This document shows, in pieces, positions 40,387 through 51,125 of a stretch of 64,000 nt of DNA (position 1 is its first letter; each line of letters opens with the position of its first letter). The DNA lies in assembly GCA_028355015.1 (NCBI GenBank), contig JAOMRN010000003.1:48142-112141 (forward strand), written 5' to 3'. The stretch comes from Methanobacteriota archaeon (GTDB lineage Archaea > Thermoplasmatota > Poseidoniia > Poseidoniales > Thalassarchaeaceae). The notes below the pieces were generated by a model. The model was given only the letters and a program-made list of their open reading frames with translations. It was not told the origin of the DNA and did no database searches. The translations under genes were made by a program, and so were the position numbers.

Positions 40387-40993
40387 ATTGCCCCTCCTAC
40401 CACCTCCTCCTAGTTCGCCAATTAGTCCAGGTTTTGTTGTTTTAGGAAGATTTCAACCGTTTCATCGTGGGCATGCGATGATGCTCGAAGAAGCTGAGAA
40501 AATACGTATTAAAAATCATCCTAATTTAAAATTAATTATAGCGATTGGATCATCTAATCGCCCTGAAACTTTACGCAACCCCTGGTCAGCTACTGAAAGA
40601 ATTGAGATGATTTCGTCTTGGCTTGAAAATGAGGCAGATTTCGACGCAGTTTTACTAGCTATACCTGATATTGAAGATCCCCCTAATTGGGTGTCTCATG
40701 CTGAGAAATATCATGGAAGCTCTGGAATATTTTTTAGTAGTGATTCTTATTCTTGTAAATTGTATGAAAAATCAGGTTGGGATATAATCTCAATGCCTCT
40801 GATAAAAAGGGATGAGTTTGAAGGCTGGAGAGTCCGAGAAACTGCTAGAATGCTTTCTACAATTCATGATAAAGACGCTATTGATACAGTATTAGGAGTT
40901 TCAACCCCTCAATCTGTTGTGAACTATCTTGTATCAAATGATTGTCTGAAGAGACTCGCTTTCTTGGGTGAAGGCGGGGAACCAGTCGGCTAA
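40379..40993 (+). CDS. nadM: archaeal nicotinamide-nucleotide adenylyltransferase
   Basis: GRFQPFHRGH (HxGH nucleotidyltransferase motif in archaeal NMNAT context), ~200 aa. Confidence 0.75.
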   Translation: MTELPLLPPPPSSPISPGFVVLGRFQPFHRGHAMMLEEAEKIRIKNHPNLKLIIAIGSSNRPETLRNPWSATERIEMISSWLENEADFDAVLLAIPDIEDPPNWVSHAEKYHGSSGIFFSSDSYSCKLYEKSGWDIISMPLIKRDEFEGWRVRETARMLSTIHDKDAIDTVLGVSTPQSVVNYLVSNDCLKRLAFLGEGGEPVG

Positions 40994-43096
40994 TCAGGAT
41001 CCAAGATCATCCGGGCTAAATTCACAATTACCTTCACAAGTATCGACCACTGAACCGGTTGAAAGATAATGGAATGCCATTTCTCTTGCCATAGGCAATG
41101 CTCCTATAGCGTTGTGCGCAGGGTGAGGTTCTTGCCCATATTCATTACCTTCAGGAGCATGCATATAGCCCCCGTCAAAGAAAACACCCACTGAACCCAC
41201 ATGTCCCTCTTCAACAATACTTATTCCATATGGGGTGATTGTTGATGAGTTAAGTAGTGGTATTCCTCCTGTTCTCATCATTCTTGATGATGAAATGTTG
41301 GATATCTGTAAATCAGTTATAGAAAATAAAGTCATTAAATTAAATGGTTCTATTTGATCTAAATATCCCTCTTCTCTGAGACTTAGGTATGTGTCTGTCT
41401 CAGTAGAATCCCATAATGATTGCATTATAGACATTGCAACCGCTCGATCTAGTTGGTTTTCATAGCCATATTCGCTAGCAAAAATAAAGTGAAATTTGTC
41501 ATATTGCGTACATCTCTCAATAATATGTGAGAAAGAGGATCCTCCGGCCCACAGTACTCCTTTATCTAAATCAGGAGAAAGAGCAATTATCGAAGGTCCT
41601 CTTAATGCTCCATTTGAATATCCAGTATAGGTTGGATTAGTCGTATCTACTAACTTAGTCCCATCTTCTGAATAATATTCAGTTAAATCGGAGCAAATTC
41701 CAGTGAAGGTTTTTATCATGACTACTTGATTTATCATAGCTTGTTCTAATCTTTCGGCTTGATGTTGGAAGTATTGCATATTCAGAACTGCATACTCTAT
41801 GCTTGTGAAATCATCATCTGCCCAGCCATAAAAACTAGTACCTATCATTGCAATATTATTTTCATTTGCCCACCCGCTCAAACCAGAGGTATTTCCATTC
41901 CCTAGGAATCCATGCCCCCAGACTGTTAGATTAGCAGGTCCTTGTTCTGTTGCCGAATTTGGTATTACTAACCAGAAAGGGATTTCTCTATTTTCAACAA
42001 AGACTGGAGTCCTATCATCTATTGATGTTCTTCTTATGAGTGCTGGCGGAAAGAATGATTCAGTATATTGTGGCGTTGTAAATGTACCAGTCATCAACCA
42101 ATGGCTTCTATTTCCTTCCTCATCGAAAACCTCCGTATTTGATTCTACTGTGCATCCTATTCCATCTCCTATTCTTTCTAAAGCATCATTTCTCATTGAA
42201 AGTAATGGCCCGATCATTGATTCGGTTGAAGAGGTATGGAACTCCCAAGCAGTTTGAAGCTCACTTACTGAGATGTCAGAATTAGATTCTATCCAAGAGA
42301 ATAAGTTTTGAAACTCTGCTCTTCTATTTTCAATATCCGGCGACGAAGTAAGTTGTTGATATTTTATTGCAGCAAAACCTTCTGGAGTGGGGACCAATTC
42401 TCCAACTTGGTCAGTTAATCCAGATATTATTACAACATAAGGTGTATTATGTTCCAATGCTTCAATTGTTCTGATATGAAATATAGTTGGCTGGTCGATT
42501 TCAGATCTTATGTCAAGTTCTACCCAATGTGCAACCAATTCTCCAGTTAATTTATTCATTAAAATTGTAGGATGCCCGCTTTCTAGGCTTTTAGAAATAC
42601 TATACTGTCCTGCTAGTTCTGATACATCAGGGTCTACTGTAAAAGCAGTCATAATTTGTGTATTTGGGCTAACTCCGTCTATCTGATTAAGTATTGGAAC
42701 TTCTATTGGGCTAACAGTACCTGAACTAGGTATCGTGTTTGAAGAATAATGAATTCTTTTACCAGTAACCGTATTAGGGTCATTAATCAGAAACGCATCA
42801 GAAGGAAAGGGGAGCATACAATGTATTGAATTTGTATTGTCACATCCATCAATATGTGGTATTTCAAGTATTTCGATAGGTTCCTCATAGTAACAACTTT
42901 GATCATTTATTGTAGCATTTTCATTGAAATTTAATGCATCTGCATCAGTACATCCTAAAATTTCGAAAACTCCATCAGTCACCTCATCATTTACTACTGT
43001 ACATCCGGAAAGTACCATGGAAATACACAATAAAATTGCAATTTTAGATTTAGAATCTACCGTCATTATATTGTTGGGGTTCACGAAGGTTATCAA
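40994..43096 (-). CDS. large exported lipoprotein with possible alpha/beta-hydrolase-type nucleophile elbow (GYSNG), hypothetical
   Basis: Signal + lipobox (VLSGC), then the two-Cys motif GCTDADALNFNENATINDQSCYY. Confidence 0.5.
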   Translation of the reverse strand: MITFVNPNNIMTVDSKSKIAILLCISMVLSGCTVVNDEVTDGVFEILGCTDADALNFNENATINDQSCYYEEPIEILEIPHIDGCDNTNSIHCMLPFPSDAFLINDPNTVTGKRIHYSSNTIPSSGTVSPIEVPILNQIDGVSPNTQIMTAFTVDPDVSELAGQYSISKSLESGHPTILMNKLTGELVAHWVELDIRSEIDQPTIFHIRTIEALEHNTPYVVIISGLTDQVGELVPTPEGFAAIKYQQLTSSPDIENRRAEFQNLFSWIESNSDISVSELQTAWEFHTSSTESMIGPLLSMRNDALERIGDGIGCTVESNTEVFDEEGNRSHWLMTGTFTTPQYTESFFPPALIRRTSIDDRTPVFVENREIPFWLVIPNSATEQGPANLTVWGHGFLGNGNTSGLSGWANENNIAMIGTSFYGWADDDFTSIEYAVLNMQYFQHQAERLEQAMINQVVMIKTFTGICSDLTEYYSEDGTKLVDTTNPTYTGYSNGALRGPSIIALSPDLDKGVLWAGGSSFSHIIERCTQYDKFHFIFASEYGYENQLDRAVAMSIMQSLWDSTETDTYLSLREEGYLDQIEPFNLMTLFSITDLQISNISSSRMMRTGGIPLLNSSTITPYGISIVEEGHVGSVGVFFDGGYMHAPEGNEYGQEPHPAHNAIGALPMAREMAFHYLSTGSVVDTCEGNCEFSPDDLGS

Positions 43097-43098
43097 TA

Positions 43099-43629
43099 CT
43101 ATTGTTCCGTAACAATCACTTTAGCAGGTCTTAAAACTCGGTCATGGAACATGTATCCTTCTTCAATTACCTCAATTATCACTCCCGGTTGTTCATCATT
43201 TGGCGCTGGTATTGCTGCTATTGCTTCCATGAACGCTGGATCAAATTCTTTACCCAATGCTTCAATTCTTACTATGCCTTCATTTTGTAAAGTATTCTTG
43301 AGCCTCTCTAGAGTCATATCAACTCCTTTTATGATCTTCTCTGGATCATTATTTTCAATTGCCAATGCTTTTTCCAAATTATCAACTACAGGTAGTATAT
43401 TGGATGCTAAATTCATCCCCGCGAATTTCACTAATGTATTTCTTTCTCTAGCATATCGTTGCCTTAAATTGATAATTTCTGCGGCATTATACTGTTTTTC
43501 TGTTTCTAAATCTAGAACTTTTTCTTCGAGTATTTTTAGAGGATTAATTTCTTCCTCATCAAGAGTGGCTTCTTCTGGTTTTTCATCCACTTGCTCCTCG
43601 CCTTCGTCAGTCATGACCTTGGGTTTCAA
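43099..43629 (-). CDS. grpE: GrpE nucleotide-exchange factor
   Basis: Coiled-coil N-terminus and GrpE C-terminal pattern (FDPAFMEAIA...GYMFHDRVLRPAKVIV). Confidence 0.75.
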   Translation of the reverse strand: MKPKVMTDEGEEQVDEKPEEATLDEEEINPLKILEEKVLDLETEKQYNAAEIINLRQRYARERNTLVKFAGMNLASNILPVVDNLEKALAIENNDPEKIIKGVDMTLERLKNTLQNEGIVRIEALGKEFDPAFMEAIAAIPAPNDEQPGVIIEVIEEGYMFHDRVLRPAKVIVTEQ

Positions 43630-43658
43630 ACATCATTCAAGAATCCAATGGTCTTATG

Positions 43659-45437
43659 TTATTCGATATAGAAGTATTCGCCTGCAATTTTTTGCTCTCT
43701 ATCTTTACGACTATCTGGTTTGTTTATTCGCGGCCTATGTGACTCATGATCTCTTCTAAATGTGATATTTACATCTTCAAGGAATTTATTCATGCCTTTT
43801 CTGAGACTTAATGGGCCCACTGCATTTCCAACCTTTCCGCCTTCTCCGTCGAAAACTAGCAGTGAATCGCTGACAATATCTATGAAATAGATGTCGTGAT
43901 CAATTACCATAGCCGCTTTTTCATTACTTTCCATGGTTCTTCTTATTGCCTTAGCGGCTTCCATCCTTGCATTTGCATCGAGGTGAGCACTTGGTTCATC
44001 AAGAAGATACAAATCAGCTTCTTTCCCTAAGCAGATGGCTATACTTACCGCTTGCAATTCTCCTCCTGAGAGTTTTTTAGCCTTAAGTTCCAATAATTGG
44101 TCGACTTGCAATGGTCTGACTACTTGAGTATGGAATTCACCGGTTCTCCATTTATTCCCTAATTCTGTATTAAGCCAATCTTCGACACTTCCTTCGAAAT
44201 CTGTATTGACATGTTGAGGCTTATACGAAACCTTTGCTTCCATGGTACACCATCCTTGATCCGGCTCAATTTCACCAGCAATCATTTTCACCATGGTAGT
44301 CTTTCCTGTAGCATTAGGTCCTACTACTCCAACAACTTCTGCGCTTCTGACCATGCCTTGCCCTGTCTTGAGTTTAAAATCCCCAAGGGTTTTTTCCATA
44401 TCTCCCCATTTTAAAATTGGGAGTCCAACTTCTTCTCCTCTCACTCTTCCGCGCAAAAATTGTATTGGTTTATCTCTAATTCTAACATTTTCTTCTGGTA
44501 AGAAACCTTCTAAATATGCATTTATAGCACTTCTTGTCGATCTTGCAGGAGTGAATATACCGTATGCTGCACGCTCACCATATACTACATGCAGAAGGTC
44601 ACATAATACATCTAATATTGCCAAGTCGTGTTCTACTACAATCACTCTCTTACCCATTTCAGCTAGATTTTGTATGATTTTAACAATTCTCATACGTTCA
44701 TGTATGTCAAGGTAAGATGATGGTTCATCGAAGAAATATACTTCTGCTTCCTTCAACATTGTAGCACAAATAGCAACTCTCTGTAATTCTCCTCCCGATA
44801 ATTGCCCTATATTTCTATCTAATATGTGATTAATTGCTAATAACTCTGTATATTCTTTGAGTTCTCCTCTATCATCTACTCTTTCTAATAATTCTCTAGC
44901 ATTACCATCAAATATTTTTGGTAATTTATCTATATATTGCGGTTTTACAGCAATCTTTACACTATCTTCAGCTACAAGTTTCAAGTAATCTCTTAGCTCT
45001 CCTCTAGGAAATGAATCAATTATTTCATTCCAATCTAAAGAACTGATAGTCCAATCGCCTAAATTTGGTTTTATTGAACCAGAAAGAAGATTTATTGCAG
45101 TGGATTTCCCCATTCCATTAGGCCCTAGAATACCCACAACTTGTTTTTCTCTAGGCGCCGGAAGTCTAAACAGTCTAAACCCATTTTGATCATAACGATG
45201 AGTCATTTCCCCATCTAATTCTTCAGGGAGATTTGTGATTATTAATGCATCAAATGGGCATTTAGTAACACAAATCCCACACCCTATACAGAGAGGTTCA
45301 GAAACAATTGGTTTCCCACTAGAGTCATCAAGAATTATACATTCTATCCCGTTACGTACCGGTGGGCAAAAAGCCCAGCATTCTGCATTACATTTCTCAG
45401 GGCTGCACCGGTCTTCAAGAAGTACAGCCACCCTCAT
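43659..45437 (-). CDS. ABCE1/Rli1 ribosome-recycling ATPase
   Basis: N-terminal Fe-S domain (CSPEKCNAECWAFCP; CIGCGICVTKCP) plus two ABC cassettes (GPNGMGKST; GPNATGKTT). Confidence 0.9.
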   Translation of the reverse strand: MRVAVLLEDRCSPEKCNAECWAFCPPVRNGIECIILDDSSGKPIVSEPLCIGCGICVTKCPFDALIITNLPEELDGEMTHRYDQNGFRLFRLPAPREKQVVGILGPNGMGKSTAINLLSGSIKPNLGDWTISSLDWNEIIDSFPRGELRDYLKLVAEDSVKIAVKPQYIDKLPKIFDGNARELLERVDDRGELKEYTELLAINHILDRNIGQLSGGELQRVAICATMLKEAEVYFFDEPSSYLDIHERMRIVKIIQNLAEMGKRVIVVEHDLAILDVLCDLLHVVYGERAAYGIFTPARSTRSAINAYLEGFLPEENVRIRDKPIQFLRGRVRGEEVGLPILKWGDMEKTLGDFKLKTGQGMVRSAEVVGVVGPNATGKTTMVKMIAGEIEPDQGWCTMEAKVSYKPQHVNTDFEGSVEDWLNTELGNKWRTGEFHTQVVRPLQVDQLLELKAKKLSGGELQAVSIAICLGKEADLYLLDEPSAHLDANARMEAAKAIRRTMESNEKAAMVIDHDIYFIDIVSDSLLVFDGEGGKVGNAVGPLSLRKGMNKFLEDVNITFRRDHESHRPRINKPDSRKDREQKIAGEYFYIE

Positions 45438-45505
45438 AATGTCATCTCACTATTATTCTACTCAATATATCTTCTATCATATAGACTATTTTTAGCCCTT
45501 TTCAA

Positions 45506-46756
45506 TCAAACAGCAAAGAAACGATATCTCACATAAATATATGCAGCCAATCCTATTTTTTCTGTTTTAGATAATTGAGTTCTCTCAGAGAATACATCTC
45601 CATCATTCTTTTCGATTTTCTTCATAATTGAATGATAAAACGTTGTCATTGCTGCAGGAGAATATCTACTTGACTTATCTAGTAAAGAAAATAGCTTCAA
45701 TCCTCTTTCTCTATATTTATCTGCACGTGAAATAAATTCCGAAACAAATGGTTTCCATCCTGGGTGTTTCAAAATATCTTTCCCACTCTTCAAATCCTCT
45801 TCTGATATACCATATCTCTTCAGATCTTCTAATGGCAAATAAACGCGGTCTCTTTCAATATCTTCAGCAACATCTCTAAGAATATTCGTTAATTGCATAT
45901 AGATTCCCCAAGATTCAGCATATTCTCTTGCCCTTTTGTCATCATAACCATATATTTCTATACAAACTAGGCCTACTGTTGAAGCAACTTTGTAACAGTA
46001 CGAGTATAAATCCTCGAATGTTTCATATCTATTGCGGTGGAAGTCTTCTTCCATACCACTAATCATATCATCAAGTAATTGTCTAGAAATTCCATATTTA
46101 TTTACAGTATCTTTCAAAGCAATAAATATTGGGTCAGTTGATGTGACTTTCCCATAAGCGGTAGATAATTTCTTCCTGTAATAAAATAATTGCGACATTT
46201 TATCATTATATGACGAGCGTTCTAATACTGGTCTTCCATCGATTAATCTTTCAATTTTTGTCCTATAATCTATTGATTCTTGATTATCTTCTGACCCTCC
46301 AGGGAAATAATCAATGTAGTCTCCATCTGCAATATCATCTGCTCTTCTACAAAATGCGTAGTAAGCCATAATTGATCTACGTTCTTCCTCTGGAAGATAC
46401 TTGAATGAGTGGTAAAAATTCCCCGCTTCTCTTCTTGTTAGTTCTTCACAATAGTCGTAAGCCGAGTCGATTACTTCCTGAGGCATCGAACTTTCAGACC
46501 ATATTGCAGCATCTACATGGGTAAATGGATTTACTAATTCTCCCCGGGAGCCTATTACTCCCATGAAAACAGCTCCTTCTCTTAGAGTCTCTAGAGCTGT
46601 TATACTAATTGCATGAACTGCCTCTCTTGTCACGTTTACTGCTGTACGAACTTTCTCAATAGGTGCTGAATCTGAATCTGCATCGACAAGTGTGATACTA
46701 TTACCTAGATCGAACTCGACCTCAGTCTCAGAATCGCTAATCTGTCTCCCCGGCAT
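45506..46756 (-). CDS. squalene/phytoene synthase family (class-1 isoprenoid head-to-head synthase) with ~95-aa N-terminal extension
   Basis: YAFCRRADDIADG (first DxxxD) and NILRDVAEDIERDRVYLP (second). Confidence 0.75.
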   Translation of the reverse strand: MPGRQISDSETEVEFDLGNSITLVDADSDSAPIEKVRTAVNVTREAVHAISITALETLREGAVFMGVIGSRGELVNPFTHVDAAIWSESSMPQEVIDSAYDYCEELTRREAGNFYHSFKYLPEEERRSIMAYYAFCRRADDIADGDYIDYFPGGSEDNQESIDYRTKIERLIDGRPVLERSSYNDKMSQLFYYRKKLSTAYGKVTSTDPIFIALKDTVNKYGISRQLLDDMISGMEEDFHRNRYETFEDLYSYCYKVASTVGLVCIEIYGYDDKRAREYAESWGIYMQLTNILRDVAEDIERDRVYLPLEDLKRYGISEEDLKSGKDILKHPGWKPFVSEFISRADKYRERGLKLFSLLDKSSRYSPAAMTTFYHSIMKKIEKNDGDVFSERTQLSKTEKIGLAAYIYVRYRFFAV

Positions 46757-46830
46757 ACTACTCTCGTCTCGAGCCCAATTGATTTGTTCTTGAACCTCAC
46801 GCTAGATTGATTAAATCATAAACCGGCAAT

Positions 46831-47877
46831 TCAAGACATTTTTTTTGGATTTTTCCTACTAATACATAGCCAAATTGATTTTCTCATAATTTTCTTTATT
46901 TCTGGCCTTAAAACTTTTATTCTGTTATTTGCATCTAAAATATTCCCTTCCTTCAGGAGAACTAATGTTCTCTGACCAATTAGGATTGGCAACATACAAG
47001 ATAAACGAAGCCGATATTGATTTTTAGGTAACATCTCTATCCATTCGACAGCATTATCTAGATAAGTCTCCGCTCTTTCTAAATATAAATCAAATAAAGG
47101 TTTGAATTTGTCAATATTTTTAGAATTTAATAAATCTTCAGCGGTTAATTGGTATTCTCTAAGTGTATCTTGAGGAATGTAACATCTACCCATTAGTAAA
47201 TCTTCAGGCAAATCTCTCAAGATATTTATTAATTGTAATGACTTACCAAATTTTACTGCTTTTTCAAATAGAATATCTTTTTTCCCTTCATCTATTTGAA
47301 AAAGATGATCGAGTGACATGTGTGTCCAAAATTCTCCTACGCAACCTGCAACTCTGTATGTATAATCGTCTAATTGAGCTTCATTTTCAAGTGATATAAT
47401 TTGCTCTCCTGATGCATCATTAAATCGCTCTAAGTCTAATATTTGCCCACTAATAATTATTCCTAGACAGGTTCTTATTTTTTCTCTATCAGAATCCGTA
47501 ATTTTATCACTTTTTTCTAAGTAGTTCACAGGTATCATTGTATTTGATAATAATTCTGCCTCAGCCCCATTCTCCTGTATCTTCGCTAATGACGTAAAAT
47601 CAGGCAACCCTTTATTTGAGTCTTGAATTCTAGTGTTATATTCCTTTAGACCTTGAAGTAGAACTTTATTTTCACCAACTTTTGAGTCAGCAATGGTGTC
47701 GGCTAAACGAGCCAATATGTAGAGTAAACCGATATGCCTTCGTATTTTCTTTGGAAGTACTTTCAGGCTTAAAAAGAATGAACGAGACGTACCTTCAAGA
47801 AGAGAATCTATCTTTTTTTCCGATACGCTAATGCTTAGCATATCTTCTCCCATGGGCTTTGAGATAATACTCGACAT
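46831..47877 (-). CDS. second squalene/phytoene synthase family paralog
   Basis: LYILARLADTIADS and NILRDLPEDLLMGRCYIP. Confidence 0.7.
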   Translation of the reverse strand: MSSIISKPMGEDMLSISVSEKKIDSLLEGTSRSFFLSLKVLPKKIRRHIGLLYILARLADTIADSKVGENKVLLQGLKEYNTRIQDSNKGLPDFTSLAKIQENGAEAELLSNTMIPVNYLEKSDKITDSDREKIRTCLGIIISGQILDLERFNDASGEQIISLENEAQLDDYTYRVAGCVGEFWTHMSLDHLFQIDEGKKDILFEKAVKFGKSLQLINILRDLPEDLLMGRCYIPQDTLREYQLTAEDLLNSKNIDKFKPLFDLYLERAETYLDNAVEWIEMLPKNQYRLRLSCMLPILIGQRTLVLLKEGNILDANNRIKVLRPEIKKIMRKSIWLCISRKNPKKMS

Positions 47878-47899
47878 CTAAGACTCTCGCTTTTATAAT

Positions 47900-48820
47900 T
47901 CATCTTAATCCGGCATCTTTTAGGGCTTTGACTAATACATTTCCAATTTCTGAAGGGTCTCTTGCAACATAAATTCCTGCTTTCTCAAAGGCAGCAAACT
48001 TTTCCTCAGCAGTACCTTTTCCACCTGATATTATAGCACCTGCATGGCCCATTCTTTTCCCGGGTGGTGCAGTTGAACCTGCTACAAAACCTACGATTGG
48101 TTTACTCATATTTTTTGATGCCCATTCTGCGGCTTCTTCCTCAGCAGAACCACCGATTTCGCCAATCATCACGATTGCTTCAGTTTGGGGGTCCGCCTCA
48201 AAAGCTGATAAACAATCGATAAAACCGGTACCATTAACTGGGTCCCCTCCGATTCCTACGCATGTAGATTGGCCCTCATTAACACTCATTGTCTGTGCTA
48301 CTGCTTCATAAGTCAAGGTGCCTGATTTTGAAACGATTCCAATTCTTCCTTTAGCATGGATGAATCCTGGCATAATACCAACTTTACAGCCACCATTGTC
48401 CCCTGGAGTTATTATCCCAGGGCAATTAGGCCCTATTAGTCTTACATTGGGATATCCATCCACTTTAGCAACTGCTCTAATCATGTCTAAAATCGGAATC
48501 CCTTCTGTAATACATACAATTAGTCCTCCTCCATTTTCATCAAAAGCATCAGCTGCCTCAATTATTGCCGCAGCAGCGAATTTAGCAGGGACATATATCA
48601 CACTTACATCTGCATTAGTATTCTCAAGCCCTTCAGATACCGTATTGAAAACAGGGACATTTTTATTTGGTAATTCTACTATTTGCCCGCCTTTACCTGG
48701 AGTAACTCCTCCTACTACATTTGTTTGGTATTCGTCCATCATTGTACCATGGAAAGTTCCTTGTTTACCGGTAATTCCTTGAATCAATACTTTGCTATCC
48801 TCATGGATCCAAATTGACAT
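47900..48820 (-). CDS. sucD: succinyl-CoA synthetase alpha subunit
   Basis: [14 protein letters not shown] CoA-binding start; catalytic His region. Confidence 0.9.
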   Translation of the reverse strand: MSIWIHEDSKVLIQGITGKQGTFHGTMMDEYQTNVVGGVTPGKGGQIVELPNKNVPVFNTVSEGLENTNADVSVIYVPAKFAAAAIIEAADAFDENGGGLIVCITEGIPILDMIRAVAKVDGYPNVRLIGPNCPGIITPGDNGGCKVGIMPGFIHAKGRIGIVSKSGTLTYEAVAQTMSVNEGQSTCVGIGGDPVNGTGFIDCLSAFEADPQTEAIVMIGEIGGSAEEEAAEWASKNMSKPIVGFVAGSTAPPGKRMGHAGAIISGGKGTAEEKFAAFEKAGIYVARDPSEIGNVLVKALKDAGLR

Positions 48821-50028
48821 TATTCTTCACCTCTTGTTAATTCTACAATTTTAGCAGCACCTTCTGACAAAGTGCTTGCAGTATGTACATCCAAATCACA
48901 ATTATCTAGGACTAATTTACCTTCAACATGATTAGTTCCAGAAAATCGGACTACTAATGGTACTTCTAAACCAAGTTCATTAGATGCTTCTATTACGCTC
49001 CTAGCAACCATGTCACATTGGATTATACCTCCAAAGATATTAACTAAAATCCCCTCTACATTATCGTCTTCAAGTATTATTCCAAATGCAGTTGTTATTG
49101 ATTCTCTTGTTGCTCCCCCTCCTATATCTAGGAAGTTTGCTGGTTCTCCTCCATACAGTTTGATTACATCCATTGATGCCATTGCAAGTCCAGCACCATT
49201 AACTAAGCAACCAATATTCCCATCCAATTTAACATAAGACAATCCATGTTCATGTGCTCTTATTTCAACTTCTTCTTCTTCCGAATGATCTCTCATTTCA
49301 TCCATCCAGGGATGTCTGTATGACGCATTATCATCAAAACTAACTTTTGCATCCAATGCAATCATTTCTCCTGATTCCGATCGTACTAGTGGGTTAATCT
49401 CTATCATTGAGCAATCTCTCTCTACAAACATATTCGATAAGGAAATAAGCATAGATACTAAATCACTCTTAGAACCTCCAGAAAGGCCTAGTTTTTCAGC
49501 CATTTTTTCTGCATCTTTTTCATTTAATCCATCCACGGGGTGTGTCCAAATTTTGTGTATAGCATCGGGTGTATTTTCAGCTACCTCTTCAATATCTACT
49601 CCACCTTCTGTTGAAGCCATAATAAGCACGGATTTTGCCTCTCTATCCACTAGAAGTGCGAGATAATATTCATGTGCAATCGAACAACCTGCTTCTATGT
49701 ATAAATTGTTTACTATTTTTCCTTCAGGCCCGGTTTGTTTAGTGACTAGTTTTCTACCAATTATATTACTGGAATATGTCTCCACGTCATCTCTAGAAAA
49801 TGCAATCTTCACACCGCCTTCCATGACTAGATCTCCTGTCTTTTGATCATAAAGATTGCCTTTCCCACGCCCTCCTGCGTGAATTTGTGACTTCACAGCA
49901 ACTACTTTTGAATCTAAATTATCATATGCGGAGAGTGCTTCTACAACGGTTTTACAATGTATTCCATTCTGTACTTTTACTCCCGCTTGTTTAAACAAAG
50001 TTTTACCTTGATATTCGTGAATATTCAT
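48820..50028 (-). CDS. sucC: succinyl-CoA synthetase beta subunit
   Basis: [20 protein letters not shown]-grasp N-terminus. The track gives 50037; MNIHEYQ fits the usual start. Confidence 0.9.
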   Translation of the reverse strand: MNIHEYQGKTLFKQAGVKVQNGIHCKTVVEALSAYDNLDSKVVAVKSQIHAGGRGKGNLYDQKTGDLVMEGGVKIAFSRDDVETYSSNIIGRKLVTKQTGPEGKIVNNLYIEAGCSIAHEYYLALLVDREAKSVLIMASTEGGVDIEEVAENTPDAIHKIWTHPVDGLNEKDAEKMAEKLGLSGGSKSDLVSMLISLSNMFVERDCSMIEINPLVRSESGEMIALDAKVSFDDNASYRHPWMDEMRDHSEEEEVEIRAHEHGLSYVKLDGNIGCLVNGAGLAMASMDVIKLYGGEPANFLDIGGGATRESITTAFGIILEDDNVEGILVNIFGGIIQCDMVARSVIEASNELGLEVPLVVRFSGTNHVEGKLVLDNCDLDVHTASTLSEGAAKIVELTRGEE

Positions 50029-50132
50029 ATTTCTCATGCCTCGGAAACGAACTCGCTCTTTGAACGATGCGCCTATACAGGTTCAAATCTCAGACACGAA
50101 GTCCTGAAATGAATTGTCATATCCGCTAGGGT

Positions 50133-51101
50133 ATGGACGTAGTAGTTCTAGCAGGTGGTTTTGGGACTAGGTTAAGGCCTTGGACTGAAGGAAGGGCTAA
50201 ACCTTTACTTCCTGTTTTGGATAAAACACTACTCGAGAGAGTTGTTGAATGTGTACCTAATGAATTAATTGACAGGGTTGTAATTGCAGCAGGATATAGT
50301 ATCGCTGAAATGGAACAGTTCTTCAGTTCTAGTAATCTTCCTTATGATGTAATTATTTCAGTTGAAGACAGTCCATTAGGCACTGGAGGCGCCATAGCGA
50401 AATCTCTTGAACATCTGAATGGAGATGGTCCGGTTTTGATTCTCAATGGCGATTTAGTATCCAGCGTTGATGTCAATCAATTATTGAATTTCCATCAAGA
50501 AAAAAACGCATCAATAACACTTTCACTTTGGCATGTTGATGACCCAAGCCGATTTGGAGTATGTGGTCTTGATGAGTCAGGAATGATTACTCGGTTTCAA
50601 GAAAAGCCAGAACCAGGTACTGAATTTTCTAATCTAATCAATGCAGGCTGCTATCTTATTGAAAGAGATGTACTTGAATCTCTTTCTTTAAAAAAACATA
50701 GTATGGAGAGAGAAGTGTTCCCATTGATTGCAGATAAGGGAAAAATGGCAGGACTTGAATTTCAAGGATACTTTGTCGATGCTGGAACTCCTACTTCATT
50801 TATTGAAGCCACACAAGTTTGCATTTCTAATCTAAAATTCAAACTTGGTGCTATCGATGATAATAACAATTGGTTCCTTGATCAAGAATTCATAGATGAT
50901 TCTTATCGGATAACTGGTTCATCTGTTTCAAGTAATGTATCTATAGGAGATGGTTGTGAAATTGTTGATTGTGTGATTTTATCAGGGGCTAAAATTGGAA
51001 ATGGTTCTAAATTATATAGGTGCCTTATCGGTGAATCGAGTACAATTAATAACGACTCGAATATATCTGACAAGGTAATAGGACATCATGAAATCATCTA
51101 A
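50133..51101 (+). CDS. sugar-1-phosphate nucleotidyltransferase with C-terminal left-handed beta-helix
   Basis: VVLAGGFGTRLRPWTEGRAKPLLPV. Hexapeptide repeats at the C-terminus. Confidence 0.75.
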   Translation: MDVVVLAGGFGTRLRPWTEGRAKPLLPVLDKTLLERVVECVPNELIDRVVIAAGYSIAEMEQFFSSSNLPYDVIISVEDSPLGTGGAIAKSLEHLNGDGPVLILNGDLVSSVDVNQLLNFHQEKNASITLSLWHVDDPSRFGVCGLDESGMITRFQEKPEPGTEFSNLINAGCYLIERDVLESLSLKKHSMEREVFPLIADKGKMAGLEFQGYFVDAGTPTSFIEATQVCISNLKFKLGAIDDNNNWFLDQEFIDDSYRITGSSVSSNVSIGDGCEIVDCVILSGAKIGNGSKLYRCLIGESSTINNDSNISDKVIGHHEII

Positions 51102-51125
51102 TTTATCCGTTATTGTCATATCAGT

